Source of the DNA: an uncultured Spirochaetota bacterium
GTDB lineage: Bacteria > Spirochaetota > Spirochaetia > SZUA-6 > Fen-1364
DNA: 64,000 nucleotides
Assembly: GCA_963820525.1 (NCBI GenBank)
Contig: CAWGAA010000001.1
Coordinates: 128,001 to 192,000 of the forward strand
Direction: 5' to 3'
Below, one piece after another: positions 1-9,470 of the stretch. Below the pieces are notes generated by a model. That model ran no database searches. It worked only from the letters and a program-made list of their open reading frames with translations, and was not told the DNA's origin. A program made the position numbers and the translations under genes. Every line of letters starts with the position of its first letter. Position 1 is the stretch's first letter.

Positions 1-2
1 AA

Positions 3-1559
3 AAAGGCTGGCGCGTCGTGGTGGCAGACGGAAACGAGAACGTCGTTGCGCGGGCAATGTGCGATTCTTTCGAGCGCGTAGACCTCAAGGACAAGGAAGG
101 GATGCTCCAGCTTGCCCGCCGGCTGTCAGCCGGGGGAGGGCTCGACGGGGTGTTTACGGCCGGCACCGATTTTTCGGCAACCGTGGCCTGGGTGTGCGAG
201 AGGCTCGGCCTGCCGGGCATATCCTACCAGACTGCCCAAAGGGCGACCGACAAGTTTCTCATGCGCACGGCCTTCCAGGCCGCCGGGGTCCCCATCCCGC
301 GCTTCATGGGCGTGTCGGTAGAAGACGATCTTTCGCGCCTAGCCCCCGCTTTCCCGTTTCCCGTGGTCGTGAAGCCGGTGGACAACATGGGAGCCCGGGG
401 GGTGCGCCGCATCGATTCACTCGAACAGTTAGCGGCGGCCTTAAGGGCAGCTGTGGCCCTGTCCCGGAGCGGCAGGGCGATCGTCGAGGAGTTCATGGAC
501 GGGCCCGAGCTGAGCCTCGACGCTATCGTGTACCGCGGGCGGATCACCATCTGCGGCGTTGCCGACAGGCATATCAGATTCCCTCCCTACTTCGTCGAGA
601 TGGGCCACACGATGCCCACGGCCCTGGAGACGGAGCAGGTGGAGGCTGCCGAGCGCGTCTTTTCCGAGGGGATACGGGCGCTCGAGATAGACAACGGCGC
701 GGCCAAGGGGGATATAAAGCTCTCCAGCTCCGGCCCGATGGTGGGAGAGATCGCCGCGAGGCTCTCGGGCGGCTACATGTCGGGCTGGACATTCCCGCTC
801 TCGAGCGGCGTGGAGGTGACCTCCGCCGCGCTCGACATCGCCGTCGGGCTTGCTCCGGACGGCACCGCGCCCCGATGGAAGAAAACCTCCGCCGAACGCG
901 CCTTCATCTCGATCCCCGGAACGATCAGAGGGATCGAAGGCGTCGAGCAGGCACGGACGGAGAAGGGTGTGCGGGAGATCTTCCTGCGGGTTGAGCCGGG
1001 GAGCAAGGTCACGTTCCCGACCAATAATGTCGAAAAGTGCGGGAACGTGATCAGCTGCCTGGATTCTCGCGCCGAGGCCGTTGCCGCGGCAGAGAAGGCC
1101 GCCTCCCGGATCCTTCTGCGGCTGTCACCCGAGAACAGCGAAACCGACGGCTTCCTTTTTTCAGCCCAGCTTCTTCCCGATGGGTGGGATGCATTCACCT
1201 TGAGCGATTCTTCGAACAGGGAAGCTCTCCAGGCCATGGCCCCGTTTCAGGGAGAGCCTGATGCGCTGTCTGCCGAGGGACCGATCAGAATCTGCCTGAT
1301 TCCTTCGGTTGACGGAGAGCAGGGGCGTGACTGGCACGGTCTCCCCCTTGTGGAGGCAATACGCCGTATCGGCGAGTTGTGCCGCACTGTTTTCCAGACG
1401 GACATGGGGCGGGGTGATGTTTTCGTCCTGGGGAGTGTCTTCTGGCGCGCAATTCTCCGCGGGGGCGTCCAGGGGGCCGTCTACCTCCTGGACAGCATCC
1501 GGGAAGCTTCGAAGCGGGGCGAGGCAGCGGGCATGCTGGGGAGAATATGCGGGGCTTGA
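3..1559 (+). CDS. ATP-grasp domain protein (5' end lies outside the window)
   Basis: Frame is open from position 3 (KGWRVVVADGN). ATP-grasp motifs: DKFLMR, PVVVKPVDNMGARGV, IVEEFMDGPELS, EIAARLSGG. Confidence 0.85.
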   Translation, partial: KGWRVVVADGNENVVARAMCDSFERVDLKDKEGMLQLARRLSAGGGLDGVFTAGTDFSATVAWVCERLGLPGISYQTAQRATDKFLMRTAFQAAGVPIPRFMGVSVEDDLSRLAPAFPFPVVVKPVDNMGARGVRRIDSLEQLAAALRAAVALSRSGRAIVEEFMDGPELSLDAIVYRGRITICGVADRHIRFPPYFVEMGHTMPTALETEQVEAAERVFSEGIRALEIDNGAAKGDIKLSSSGPMVGEIAARLSGGYMSGWTFPLSSGVEVTSAALDIAVGLAPDGTAPRWKKTSAERAFISIPGTIRGIEGVEQARTEKGVREIFLRVEPGSKVTFPTNNVEKCGNVISCLDSRAEAVAAAEKAASRILLRLSPENSETDGFLFSAQLLPDGWDAFTLSDSSNREALQAMAPFQGEPDALSAEGPIRICLIPSVDGEQGRDWHGLPLVEAIRRIGELCRTVFQTDMGRGDVFVLGSVFWRAILRGGVQGAVYLLDSIREASKRGEAAGMLGRICGA

Positions 1560-2590
1560 GAGCGCTCGCGATCCTTCTTCTGATTCTCCCGGCAGTCGTC
1601 TGTCTTTCCGAGGACCGCGAGATTTCCTCGGTCCTGGATGAGCTGGACGCGACCCTTGAATGGAACCCCCTGCGGGAGATCGGCGTGATTCTCATTGGCG
1701 GTGACCGTGTCGCGTTCAAGGTGGGCTTCCCCCTGGCCCTGGTGAACTACGACCAGAAGGTCGACATCGACGCTCCGCTCAGGCGCGACGGCGGGATCAC
1801 TTTCACGGCGGACGCCGTACGCGTCATCAAGGAAGCCCTCATCAGGAGCAGGTTCCAGCGCACGAAAGAGGGCTTCCGGGTTTCCACGATCCTCATCGAC
1901 CCCGGCCACGGGGGGACGAACCCCGGCTCCGTGGATGAGATCGTGCGCTCAGGAAAGAAGATCCAGATCCGGGAGAAGGATGTGGTCCTCTCCATTTCCC
2001 AGGAGCTCTCCGGAAGGCTCGAGGGACAGTACCCGGACAAAAAGATCCTCTTCACGCGGTCCACTGACGAGTACGTCTCCCTGGAGAAGAGGACCGATAT
2101 GGCGAACGCGCTCCTGGCAAAGACGCCCGACGTGATCCTCTACGTATCCATTCACGCCAACCGCACGGCGTTCAATGCGAAGGCATCCGGTTTCGAGGTT
2201 TGGTATCTGCCTCCCGAATACAAGCGGACCCTTCTCGACGAAAAGAGCACGGGCAAGGAGAACCTGGACATCCTGCCCATCCTCAACAGCATGTTGGAGG
2301 AAGAGATCTCGGTGGAGAGCATCATCCTGGGCCGCGCGATACTCGAGGGCATCGACGCCAAGGTCGGAAAGCTCACCGCCAACCGCGGCTTGAAGGAGGA
2401 GTCCTGGTACGTGGTTCGAAACGCCAACATGCCCGCAGTCCTCGTGGAGGTGGGTTTCCTCTCGAACCCCGAGGAGGCGGGGCGGCTGTCGGATCCCGCG
2501 TACTTGAAAGACATCGCCGAGGGCATATACAATGGGATCCGGTCCTTCATTTCAAACTTCGAAGCAACCGGGAGTCCAGGTGCTCGATAA
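1547..2590 (+). CDS. N-acetylmuramoyl-L-alanine amidase (Amidase_3)
   Basis: Signal peptide; motifs IDPGHGG, EKDVVL, SIHAN, PAVLVEVGFLSN. Confidence 0.93.
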   Translation: MRGLRALAILLLILPAVVCLSEDREISSVLDELDATLEWNPLREIGVILIGGDRVAFKVGFPLALVNYDQKVDIDAPLRRDGGITFTADAVRVIKEALIRSRFQRTKEGFRVSTILIDPGHGGTNPGSVDEIVRSGKKIQIREKDVVLSISQELSGRLEGQYPDKKILFTRSTDEYVSLEKRTDMANALLAKTPDVILYVSIHANRTAFNAKASGFEVWYLPPEYKRTLLDEKSTGKENLDILPILNSMLEEEISVESIILGRAILEGIDAKVGKLTANRGLKEESWYVVRNANMPAVLVEVGFLSNPEEAGRLSDPAYLKDIAEGIYNGIRSFISNFEATGSPGAR

Positions 2591-3086
2591 ACTGATCCTG
2601 CTCAGCCGCATCCGGCTCGGCCGTGGAGCGGCAATAGCCGGGGCGTCTCTTCTGGGAGTGCTCGCCCTCTCCCTGCTCGTGTTCCTCATTGCTGGCAACG
2701 GCCGGGTGAAGCGGGTGCTCTTTTTCCCGTTGGACGGCTCGGGGAGGCTCGTCGCCGAGGAGAGGTTCCTCACCAATCGGCATGAACTGGAGGGCGACAT
2801 GCGGGAGCTCGTCGAGGAGGAAATCCTCGGGCCCGTGAGGCATGACGCGGGCCTGCTCATGCCCCGGGACGTGACCGTACGCTCCATCTTCGTCAGGAGC
2901 AGGGTCGTCTACCTCGATCTCTCGGCCGATTTCCTGCGCGCCGGGCCGGAGTATCCCGTTCACGGACGGGAAGCCCTTTCCGCCCTGGAAAAGGCCATCG
3001 GCTTCAACTTCCCCGGCGTGCGGGAAGTCTTCATCACCATCGGCGGCCAGTCGCCCCGCTTCGGGGACGAAAAGAAAATTCGTTGA
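2580..3086 (+). CDS. GerMN domain membrane-anchored protein
   Basis: GTG at 2580 after GGAG; N-terminal TM helix; LFFP...LVAEER, GP, VYLDLS pattern; lies between amidase and flaA as in other spirochaetes. Confidence 0.7.
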   Translation: MLDKLILLSRIRLGRGAAIAGASLLGVLALSLLVFLIAGNGRVKRVLFFPLDGSGRLVAEERFLTNRHELEGDMRELVEEEILGPVRHDAGLLMPRDVTVRSIFVRSRVVYLDLSADFLRAGPEYPVHGREALSALEKAIGFNFPGVREVFITIGGQSPRFGDEKKIR

Positions 3087-3110
3087 CAAACAATACCGGC
3101 TCGCTATAAT
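3083..3110 (+). promoter_or_regulatory. Sigma70 promoter of flaA
   Basis: Perfect TTGACA (3083-3088), 16-nt spacer, TATAAT (3105-3110). The -35 box overlaps the upstream stop codon. Confidence 0.85.
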
Positions 3111-3153
3111 TGAATCTGTATAATAACGGGAATTTATTCGAAAGGAGCATCGA

Positions 3154-4176
3154 ATGAAACGGCTGTTCATTATGATCGTCCTTGGGCTCTTCCTTGCCGC
3201 ACTCGCCTCATTCGCGGATGAATCTGTGCTCATCGACTTCACGAAACTCTCCGCCGACGCAACGATCGGCAAGGCTTCCGCACCCAACGAGAATGGAGCC
3301 ACTCTCGTGGACTTCAGCACGGTGGCCGGCGCGAGCTTCACCGATGAGGAGAAGGCAGCAATGAAGACATCCCTCGCTCTGGGGAACTGGGACGTCGTGC
3401 TCGCCTCCTCGTCGCGGACCGTCGCCAACCAGGCCTTCTCCTTCACGAAAGAGGCCGCCATGAAGCCCACGGCCAAACCCTTCAACGGGGAGGAGATGGC
3501 CAACAAGAAGGTGATGGGAATCCGCATCCACTTTCCCGTCGAGACCTTCAATTCCTGGGCCATGATTCAGCCGCCCTTCGATATTCCGGCCTACGCGGAC
3601 AAGGACCAGCTTCAGGGCGACAAAATCGTGATTCCCGACGCCGAGAAAGGCCTCGGACACAAGTTCGAGGACGGGTATGGTGTGATCAAGAACGTGGGGA
3701 TCGTCAAGTCCATCAGCGCCACCGTCTACGGCTCGAACTTCCCCAACGGCTTCGGCATCAGGCTCCTCGATCAGGACGGAAACGAGCAGATGATCTTCAT
3801 GGACTACCTCCAGTTCGACGGGTGGAGGACCCTCACCTGGGACAACCCCAACTACATCACGGACGTTCGAAACAGGGAGATGAAGAAGTTCCCCCTCTAC
3901 CCCAAGAGCGAGCCCTACGTGAAGCTGGGCGGCGTCGTCATCTATCGCGACTCGACCCAGGAGGGAGGTGACTTCGTGTCCTATTTCAAGGATATCAAGG
4001 TCACCTACGACAAAGCCGTCCTCAGCACGGAACGCGACATCAACGACGAGGCGATCTGGGGAATCCTGCAGGCCCGCACGGAGGCGAGAAGACTCGCCGA
4101 GCTCAAGCGGGTGGGGAACCTCCAGGTGCTGCGCTACATAGAGAAGCTGAAGATGGATCAGGGCAAGGCCCCATAA
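3154..4176 (+). CDS. flaA: Periplasmic flagellar filament sheath protein FlaA
   Basis: AAGGAG RBS; signal peptide; ESVLIDF, KTSLALGNWDVVLASS, GIRIHFP, GYGVIKNVG, FDGWRTLTWDNPNYI are FlaA1-type motifs. Confidence 0.95.
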   Translation: MKRLFIMIVLGLFLAALASFADESVLIDFTKLSADATIGKASAPNENGATLVDFSTVAGASFTDEEKAAMKTSLALGNWDVVLASSSRTVANQAFSFTKEAAMKPTAKPFNGEEMANKKVMGIRIHFPVETFNSWAMIQPPFDIPAYADKDQLQGDKIVIPDAEKGLGHKFEDGYGVIKNVGIVKSISATVYGSNFPNGFGIRLLDQDGNEQMIFMDYLQFDGWRTLTWDNPNYITDVRNREMKKFPLYPKSEPYVKLGGVVIYRDSTQEGGDFVSYFKDIKVTYDKAVLSTERDINDEAIWGILQARTEARRLAELKRVGNLQVLRYIEKLKMDQGKAP

Positions 4177-4202
4177 GGGAAGCCCACTCATTGCTGCTCA
4201 TG

Positions 4203-4232
4203 AGAAAGGCCCCCGAAAGGGGGCCTTTCTTT
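4203..4232. terminator. Intrinsic terminator, probably bidirectional
   Basis: AGAAAGGCCCCC-GAAA-GGGGGCCTTTCT is a perfect 12-bp stem followed by TT, between convergent genes. Confidence 0.85.
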
Positions 4233-4289
4233 ATCGCTGGAATGCCGCCTACGAACGGCGGCTCTCTTTGCCCTGTCTTCGCGCGGCCT

Positions 4290-5483
4290 TTAGAACTGCG
4301 CTATCACCGCCAGCTCACCGGCGAAATCCTTGGGGGCGAGGGGCCACTCCATGGTGACGTCGACCTTGAAGTTCCATTCGATCCCCATGGTGACGAAGCT
4401 GATGTAGGGGGATTCCATGAGGGCGAAGCTCCCGCTCTCCGAGACGAAACGGAAATTGCTCTCCACGCCGCCCCGAAGCCCGTATTTTGTCAGGTCCCCC
4501 AGGGAAAGGTCGAGATTCACGTCAAAAGACCCGGTCTGATTCGTCGGCTGCTGGTCGTAGTAGCCGGGATGCCAGAAGAAGGTGGGAACGATCGAAAAGA
4601 TCCCGAGGTGAAGGCGCGGCTCGAAGAGGAGGTAGAACAGGTTGATCGAGAAGGATACATCACGGGAAGGGTCGAAGTTGGGGACACCGATCTGGGCCAT
4701 GAACTCCACGTTTTCGCCGCCCGAAGCGTAGAAGAGAACTCCTCCTCGGTAGATGCCGTCTGGGGTCTTCCCTGAAGGACCGAATGTCGCGCCAACAAAG
4801 CTTTCCAGCTTCACGCTGCCGAGGTCGGCCAGGGCCCGAAGGTCCCCGGAGTAGAACCCGGGAAAAAGAACGCTCATGCTGTTGAAAGGCGGTGGAAGCG
4901 GAAGCGGAAACACCTCTACGAAATTCGTATCCTCGTACGCATAGAGGGAGAAAAGAAGAGCCTCCTTGGCCGGCGTGAAGTCCAGCCGCCCGCCGGTGCC
5001 CTTGATCTGGTGAATCCCGTCGTACTGGGGTCCCTGCGGGAAATACAGGTAGCCCTTGTAGCGAGTCGAGATTTCCGGAGAGCCGAACACGGCGGCAAAC
5101 TCGTCTCCTTCGCAGAGGTAGTCGTTCACCCCGACGAACCAGGAGAAGGAGAGGGGAAGGGAGAAAAGCTCGTTTGCCGTAATGCTCAAGCCCTTGAAGG
5201 CCAGGCTCCCCGGGGAAGGCTGCTCGAGGAAGGAATTGAGGTAGGTAAATGTCACGCGGCCGCCGAACTTCACGCCCCCGTCAAAGGCCAGGTCCATCTG
5301 TCCCCACGTGGTGATGGCGAAGACGTCTCCCAGGCCCAGGCTGGAGTAATCCTGCATGCTCCCCCGCGTCACGACATCGAAAGTGGAAACGATGACGTTC
5401 GCCGCCCGCGCGGCCGCAGGAACGAAGAGGAGCAGAGCGAGCGCGATCAGGCCGCCCGTCGCCCCCTTTGCGCATCTGGCCAT
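4290..5483 (-). CDS. Hypothetical exported protein, probable outer-membrane beta-barrel
   Basis: GGAGG RBS; signal peptide (AAARA); many amphipathic Gly/aromatic-rich strands; C-terminal Phe. Confidence 0.6.
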   Translation of the reverse strand: MARCAKGATGGLIALALLLFVPAAARAANVIVSTFDVVTRGSMQDYSSLGLGDVFAITTWGQMDLAFDGGVKFGGRVTFTYLNSFLEQPSPGSLAFKGLSITANELFSLPLSFSWFVGVNDYLCEGDEFAAVFGSPEISTRYKGYLYFPQGPQYDGIHQIKGTGGRLDFTPAKEALLFSLYAYEDTNFVEVFPLPLPPPFNSMSVLFPGFYSGDLRALADLGSVKLESFVGATFGPSGKTPDGIYRGGVLFYASGGENVEFMAQIGVPNFDPSRDVSFSINLFYLLFEPRLHLGIFSIVPTFFWHPGYYDQQPTNQTGSFDVNLDLSLGDLTKYGLRGGVESNFRFVSESGSFALMESPYISFVTMGIEWNFKVDVTMEWPLAPKDFAGELAVIAQF

Positions 5484-5500
5484 GGGCGTCCCTCCTTTTC

Positions 5501-6223
5501 CTATGATGAGATCCGCTTGAAAATATAGCGCTCGAGGGCCGTCTTATCCGCGGCACCGAGAGTCTCGAAGCGCAGGGCGAGCACGTTGGCCTTGAAGAGC
5601 ACAATGATGGCGCTCGGAGAAAGCTCGCGGGGGCCGAGGGAAAACTGAAGGCGCGACACCCTCGTTCCCCCCGTAAGCGTTTCGGCCGGGGGCGGGTTGA
5701 GCAGCTCGACGGCTATTCCGCCGAGGCTGATGTCCAGAATCTTTCCGGAGACGAGCTGGGAGTGGACGGGCAGACGGAAATGCACGCGGATCATCTCCTG
5801 GGGATCAGGCTTCACGCGGATGTGCTTTCTCTGGGTATTGTGCTCCGCCAGCTTGTCGAGAATGCTCGCGAGCTTCGCGCGCGCTGCATCCTCGTGGAAG
5901 GGCTTCAGCAGATAGCCCGTCACGCCGGCCTCGATCATCTTCACCACGAAGTCCTTGCTCGCCTGCACCGTATGCACGATGATGGGGAGGTTCTTTACGG
6001 CATCCCTCTCCTTCATCTCCGTGATGAGCCGCATGCCCTCGACTTCCTGATTGTCGATGTCGACGATCGCTCCCTGGATGTCTTTTTCAGACTGAAGAAT
6101 CTCCCAGGCGGCGGCCCTCGTCGCCACCGGTCTTCCCTTTATCCCGAAGGAGAGCAGCACGTAGCAGAGAGCTTCCCGTACCGATAGTGAGCCCTCGACG
6201 ACGAGAAAACTCAAAACCTGCAC
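5501..6223 (-). CDS. Response regulator receiver fused to a PilZ domain
   Basis: REC motifs LVVE, IVD, HT, GYLLKPF; PilZ motifs RKHIR (RxxxR) and DISLGG (DxSxxG). Confidence 0.88.
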   Translation of the reverse strand: MQVLSFLVVEGSLSVREALCYVLLSFGIKGRPVATRAAAWEILQSEKDIQGAIVDIDNQEVEGMRLITEMKERDAVKNLPIIVHTVQASKDFVVKMIEAGVTGYLLKPFHEDAARAKLASILDKLAEHNTQRKHIRVKPDPQEMIRVHFRLPVHSQLVSGKILDISLGGIAVELLNPPPAETLTGGTRVSRLQFSLGPRELSPSAIIVLFKANVLALRFETLGAADKTALERYIFKRISS

Positions 6224-6298
6224 CTCCGTTTTCGGGACATAGTATATGTTGGGCGGTGAGGAGTCAACACTATCGCGGCTCTTCCATCGAGGCCTCGC

Positions 6299-6326
6299 TT
6301 GACTTTAGCAATGAGATAGCTAAAAT
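6299..6326 (+). promoter_or_regulatory. Putative sigma70 promoter of the che operon
   Basis: TTGACT-N16-TAAAAT ending 10 nt before the cheA ATG. Confidence 0.55.
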
Positions 6327-6336
6327 GTTCTTTAGA

Positions 6337-8799
6337 ATGAGCGATTACCTCGATCCACGCAACGAGGAGCTCCTGAAGGATTTCTTCGAGGAGGCTCAGA
6401 CCCAGGTCGAGCTCCTCGAGGGCAACGTTCTCGTTCTCGAGACGGAACCCGAAAATCGGGACGCGGTGGACGAGATCTTCCGCGCCGCCCACACCCTCAA
6501 GGGGGGCGCCGCGACGGTGGACATGAAGGAGCTTGCCGAGTTCACCCATCTCGTGGAGGACGTTCTCGACGTGATCCGCTCGGGAGAACTCCGCGTGGAC
6601 GGCTCGATCGTGGACGACCTTCTGGCCGCAATCGACGTCGTCAAGCGGATGCTCGATGAACGACGCGCCGGCCGCGTGGACGCAGAGGATACTTCACCGC
6701 TCGTCTCCTCGCTTCGGGCACGGCTCGGCGGCGGCAGGCGGGTTTCCGCGGCCGCCAAACAGGCAGGCACCGGGGCCGATCAAGCGCGAAAGGGGAAGCC
6801 CGGCGCGGTGAAGGCCTCCGCGGCTGCCTCCCGCCCCTCCGCCGCCGTTGAAGATGAGGCCGGCGGACGCGCTCACGGGGGCTTGAGCGAATACGAAGTT
6901 CTCGAGCTTGCCCAGGCCGCGGGGGGCGCGGGGGCAATCTATCGCGTGACTGTCAGCTTCGATGAAAACAATCCGATGAACACGGTCGGGGGCGTCCAGG
7001 TCTTCGCCGCCTTGAAGGACGTGGGCAAGGTGCTCAGGAGCGTTCCCGACTTCGATTCGCTCTGCGGCGACGATTTCTATCCCATCGTCGACTACTATGT
7101 CGCCACCCGTGAAAGCGCCGAGCAGTTGCGATCGCTGTGCACGATTGCAGACGTTACCCTCTCGGCGACGGTTTCAGCCGTGAGGGCTTCCGCCTCCACC
7201 GTTTCGGCTCAAGCGCGGAGAGCCGATACCGCACGGCCCGCGCGCGCGGCGTCGTCTCGAAAAACTCTTGCGGAAACCAAAGCTGAGGAGGAGCCGGCTT
7301 CTGCGGCGCTGGAGGACGGGTCGGGGGCAGGTGAATCCCCCGCCGCCGTCGAGCAGGCGCAGGAGGGGCCCGCGGAAGCGCGGGAGCAGAAAACGTTCAA
7401 GGCCGCGCAGGGCTCGGTTCTGCGCGTCGACAGCCGGCGGATAGACGACCTGTTGAACCTCGTGAGCGAAGCGGTCATCTCCAAGGCGAGCTTCAACCAG
7501 ATCTCACTCCAGTACTCCCAGTCCCTTCTCGAGCTTCAGGGGGTGAACACGCGCTATCGGGAAAAGCTGAAGGAGCTTTTCGAGGCTTTGCCCCAGTACC
7601 TCCAGTCGATGAAGGAGGGAACGCCCGAAGCCATCGTGACGCGGGAGATCACGCAGCGCTTCGGCTCGCTGTCAGGCCTCGTGGAAGGCTTCGAGAAGCA
7701 GCTCAAGTCCGCGGTCGGCCGCTTCAGGAACTCCTCGCAGAACCTCGCCCGGATCATCGGGGAGCTGCAGGAAGCGGTGATGCGCATCCGCATGGTTCCC
7801 ATCGCGCACGTGTTCTCCCGCTTTCCCCGGCTCGTTCGCGACCTCTCCAAGAACCTGGGCAAGAGCGTGGAGCTCGTCATCCAGGGCGAGGAGACGGAGC
7901 TGGACAAGTCGGTCATCGAGGATCTCATCGATCCCCTGATCCACTGCGTGCGAAACTCCCTCGACCACGGCCTCGAGCCGCCGGAAGACCGGGTGGACGC
8001 GGGAAAGACCGCGGAAGGCCATATTACCCTTCGGGCCAGGAACGAGGGCAACATGATCGTCATCGAGGTGAGCGATGACGGCAAGGGCATTGACCTTGAA
8101 GCAATTCGAAAGAAGGCCGTGGAGCGGGGGATCATCCATCCCAGCAAGAACCTGACGAACACCGAGGCGCACAAGCTGATATTCGAGCCCGGTTTTTCGA
8201 CGGCCCTGACCGTTACCGCGATCTCGGGTCGGGGGGTGGGGCTCGACGTCGTGAAGAGGCAGGTGGAGAAGCTGAGCGGCACCGTGGACGTGCATTCCGA
8301 AAAAGGCAAAGGAACCACCTTCACGATCCGCCTCCCCCTCACCCTCGCGATCATCCAGGGGCTGCTGGTGCGCGTCGGCACCGAGGTCTACGCCATCCCC
8401 GTCACCTCCGTGATCGAAAGCGTCCGCCTGAAGCCCGCCGAGGTCAAGCTGATAGACACCTACGAGGTGTTCAACCTCCGCGAGGACGTCCTGTCCCTCC
8501 TGCGGCTCAACAGGCTCTTCCGCATCCCGGTTGACGAGAACAAGACGATGTATTTCATCGTGATCGTGGGAACGCAGGACAAGAAGGTGGGGCTGCTCGT
8601 CGATTCGCTGATCGGCGAGGAAGACCTCGTTATAAAGCCCCTGAAGGGACACTACACGGCCTCCCCGGGGATCGCGGGGGCCACCATCCTGGGAGACGGG
8701 ACTGTCTCCCTGATCCTCGACGTGAGCAGGCTGCTCGAGTTCAGCGTGCAGCGGGAAGCGGACGAGCGCAAGCAGCGGACCGGAGTCGCGACGGAGTGA
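6337..8799 (+). CDS. cheA: Chemotaxis histidine kinase CheA
   Basis: Start MSDYLDPRNEELLKDFF; Hpt IFRAAHTLKG; VRNSLDHG, DDGKG, GFST, GRGVGLDVV; C-terminal CheW-like P5 domain. Confidence 0.97.
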   Translation: MSDYLDPRNEELLKDFFEEAQTQVELLEGNVLVLETEPENRDAVDEIFRAAHTLKGGAATVDMKELAEFTHLVEDVLDVIRSGELRVDGSIVDDLLAAIDVVKRMLDERRAGRVDAEDTSPLVSSLRARLGGGRRVSAAAKQAGTGADQARKGKPGAVKASAAASRPSAAVEDEAGGRAHGGLSEYEVLELAQAAGGAGAIYRVTVSFDENNPMNTVGGVQVFAALKDVGKVLRSVPDFDSLCGDDFYPIVDYYVATRESAEQLRSLCTIADVTLSATVSAVRASASTVSAQARRADTARPARAASSRKTLAETKAEEEPASAALEDGSGAGESPAAVEQAQEGPAEAREQKTFKAAQGSVLRVDSRRIDDLLNLVSEAVISKASFNQISLQYSQSLLELQGVNTRYREKLKELFEALPQYLQSMKEGTPEAIVTREITQRFGSLSGLVEGFEKQLKSAVGRFRNSSQNLARIIGELQEAVMRIRMVPIAHVFSRFPRLVRDLSKNLGKSVELVIQGEETELDKSVIEDLIDPLIHCVRNSLDHGLEPPEDRVDAGKTAEGHITLRARNEGNMIVIEVSDDGKGIDLEAIRKKAVERGIIHPSKNLTNTEAHKLIFEPGFSTALTVTAISGRGVGLDVVKRQVEKLSGTVDVHSEKGKGTTFTIRLPLTLAIIQGLLVRVGTEVYAIPVTSVIESVRLKPAEVKLIDTYEVFNLREDVLSLLRLNRLFRIPVDENKTMYFIVIVGTQDKKVGLLVDSLIGEEDLVIKPLKGHYTASPGIAGATILGDGTVSLILDVSRLLEFSVQREADERKQRTGVATE

Positions 8800-8807
8800 G
8801 GGAGAGG

Positions 8808-9470
8808 ATGGAACCGACGCTGGAAAAGATCGAGGGCACCGCCGAGACGACGAATCCCGAAGGGGGTGAGGCCGGCGCCGGGGCGGAAACCCTGGCCGCG
8901 CCGGTCCAGACGAAGGCGGAGTACCGCATGATCGCCTTCTCCCTCGCAGGCCGCGACTACGGCATCGACATCATGAAGGTGAAGGAGATCTCCCACGAGG
9001 GGAAATTCACCTACGTGCCGAATACGGCGCCCTTCGTGCTGGGCGTCCACAACCTTCGGGGCGAGATCATCCCGATCATCGACATGAGGCGGATGTTCAA
9101 CCTCGCCGTGGAACGGGCGAACGAAGGCGTGACGCAGAACGTTCTGATCCTCAAGCTGGAAAAGCTCGTCCTGGGGATGGTGGTGGATTCCATCGATGGG
9201 GTGATGAGCGCACCGGCGGACAGCGTCCAGCCCCCCCATCCCTTGTTCAGCGACATCAACCTCCAGTACATTAGCGGGGTCGTGGAGAGAGAGGGAAAGC
9301 TCTACGTCATCCTCGACGTCGAGAGAATATTCGCCGAGACGACCCAGGCCCCGAAAGCGCCGGTCAAGGCAGAGATCGCTCCGGTGGCGGCCCCCGTGGC
9401 TGCCCCGGGGGGGACCAGGACCTGCGCTTCGTCTGCGAGGGCCTTGCTACCTTTGCGTCGTTCTTCGTAA
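8808..9470 (+). CDS. cheW: CheW domain; N-terminal part of a CheW-CheR-like fusion split by a frameshift at G7 (9407-9413)
   Basis: YGIDIMKVKEI, VPNTAPFVLGVHNLRGEIIPIID, LILDV-type motifs; GAGAGG before ATG 8808. Confidence 0.9.
   Translation: MEPTLEKIEGTAETTNPEGGEAGAGAETLAAPVQTKAEYRMIAFSLAGRDYGIDIMKVKEISHEGKFTYVPNTAPFVLGVHNLRGEIIPIIDMRRMFNLAVERANEGVTQNVLILKLEKLVLGMVVDSIDGVMSAPADSVQPPHPLFSDINLQYISGVVEREGKLYVILDVERIFAETTQAPKAPVKAEIAPVAAPVAAPGGTRTCASSARALLPLRRSS

Noticed and set aside
4191..4775. 194-aa plus-strand ORF after flaA
   Set aside because: Runs through the terminator and is antisense to 4290-5483.
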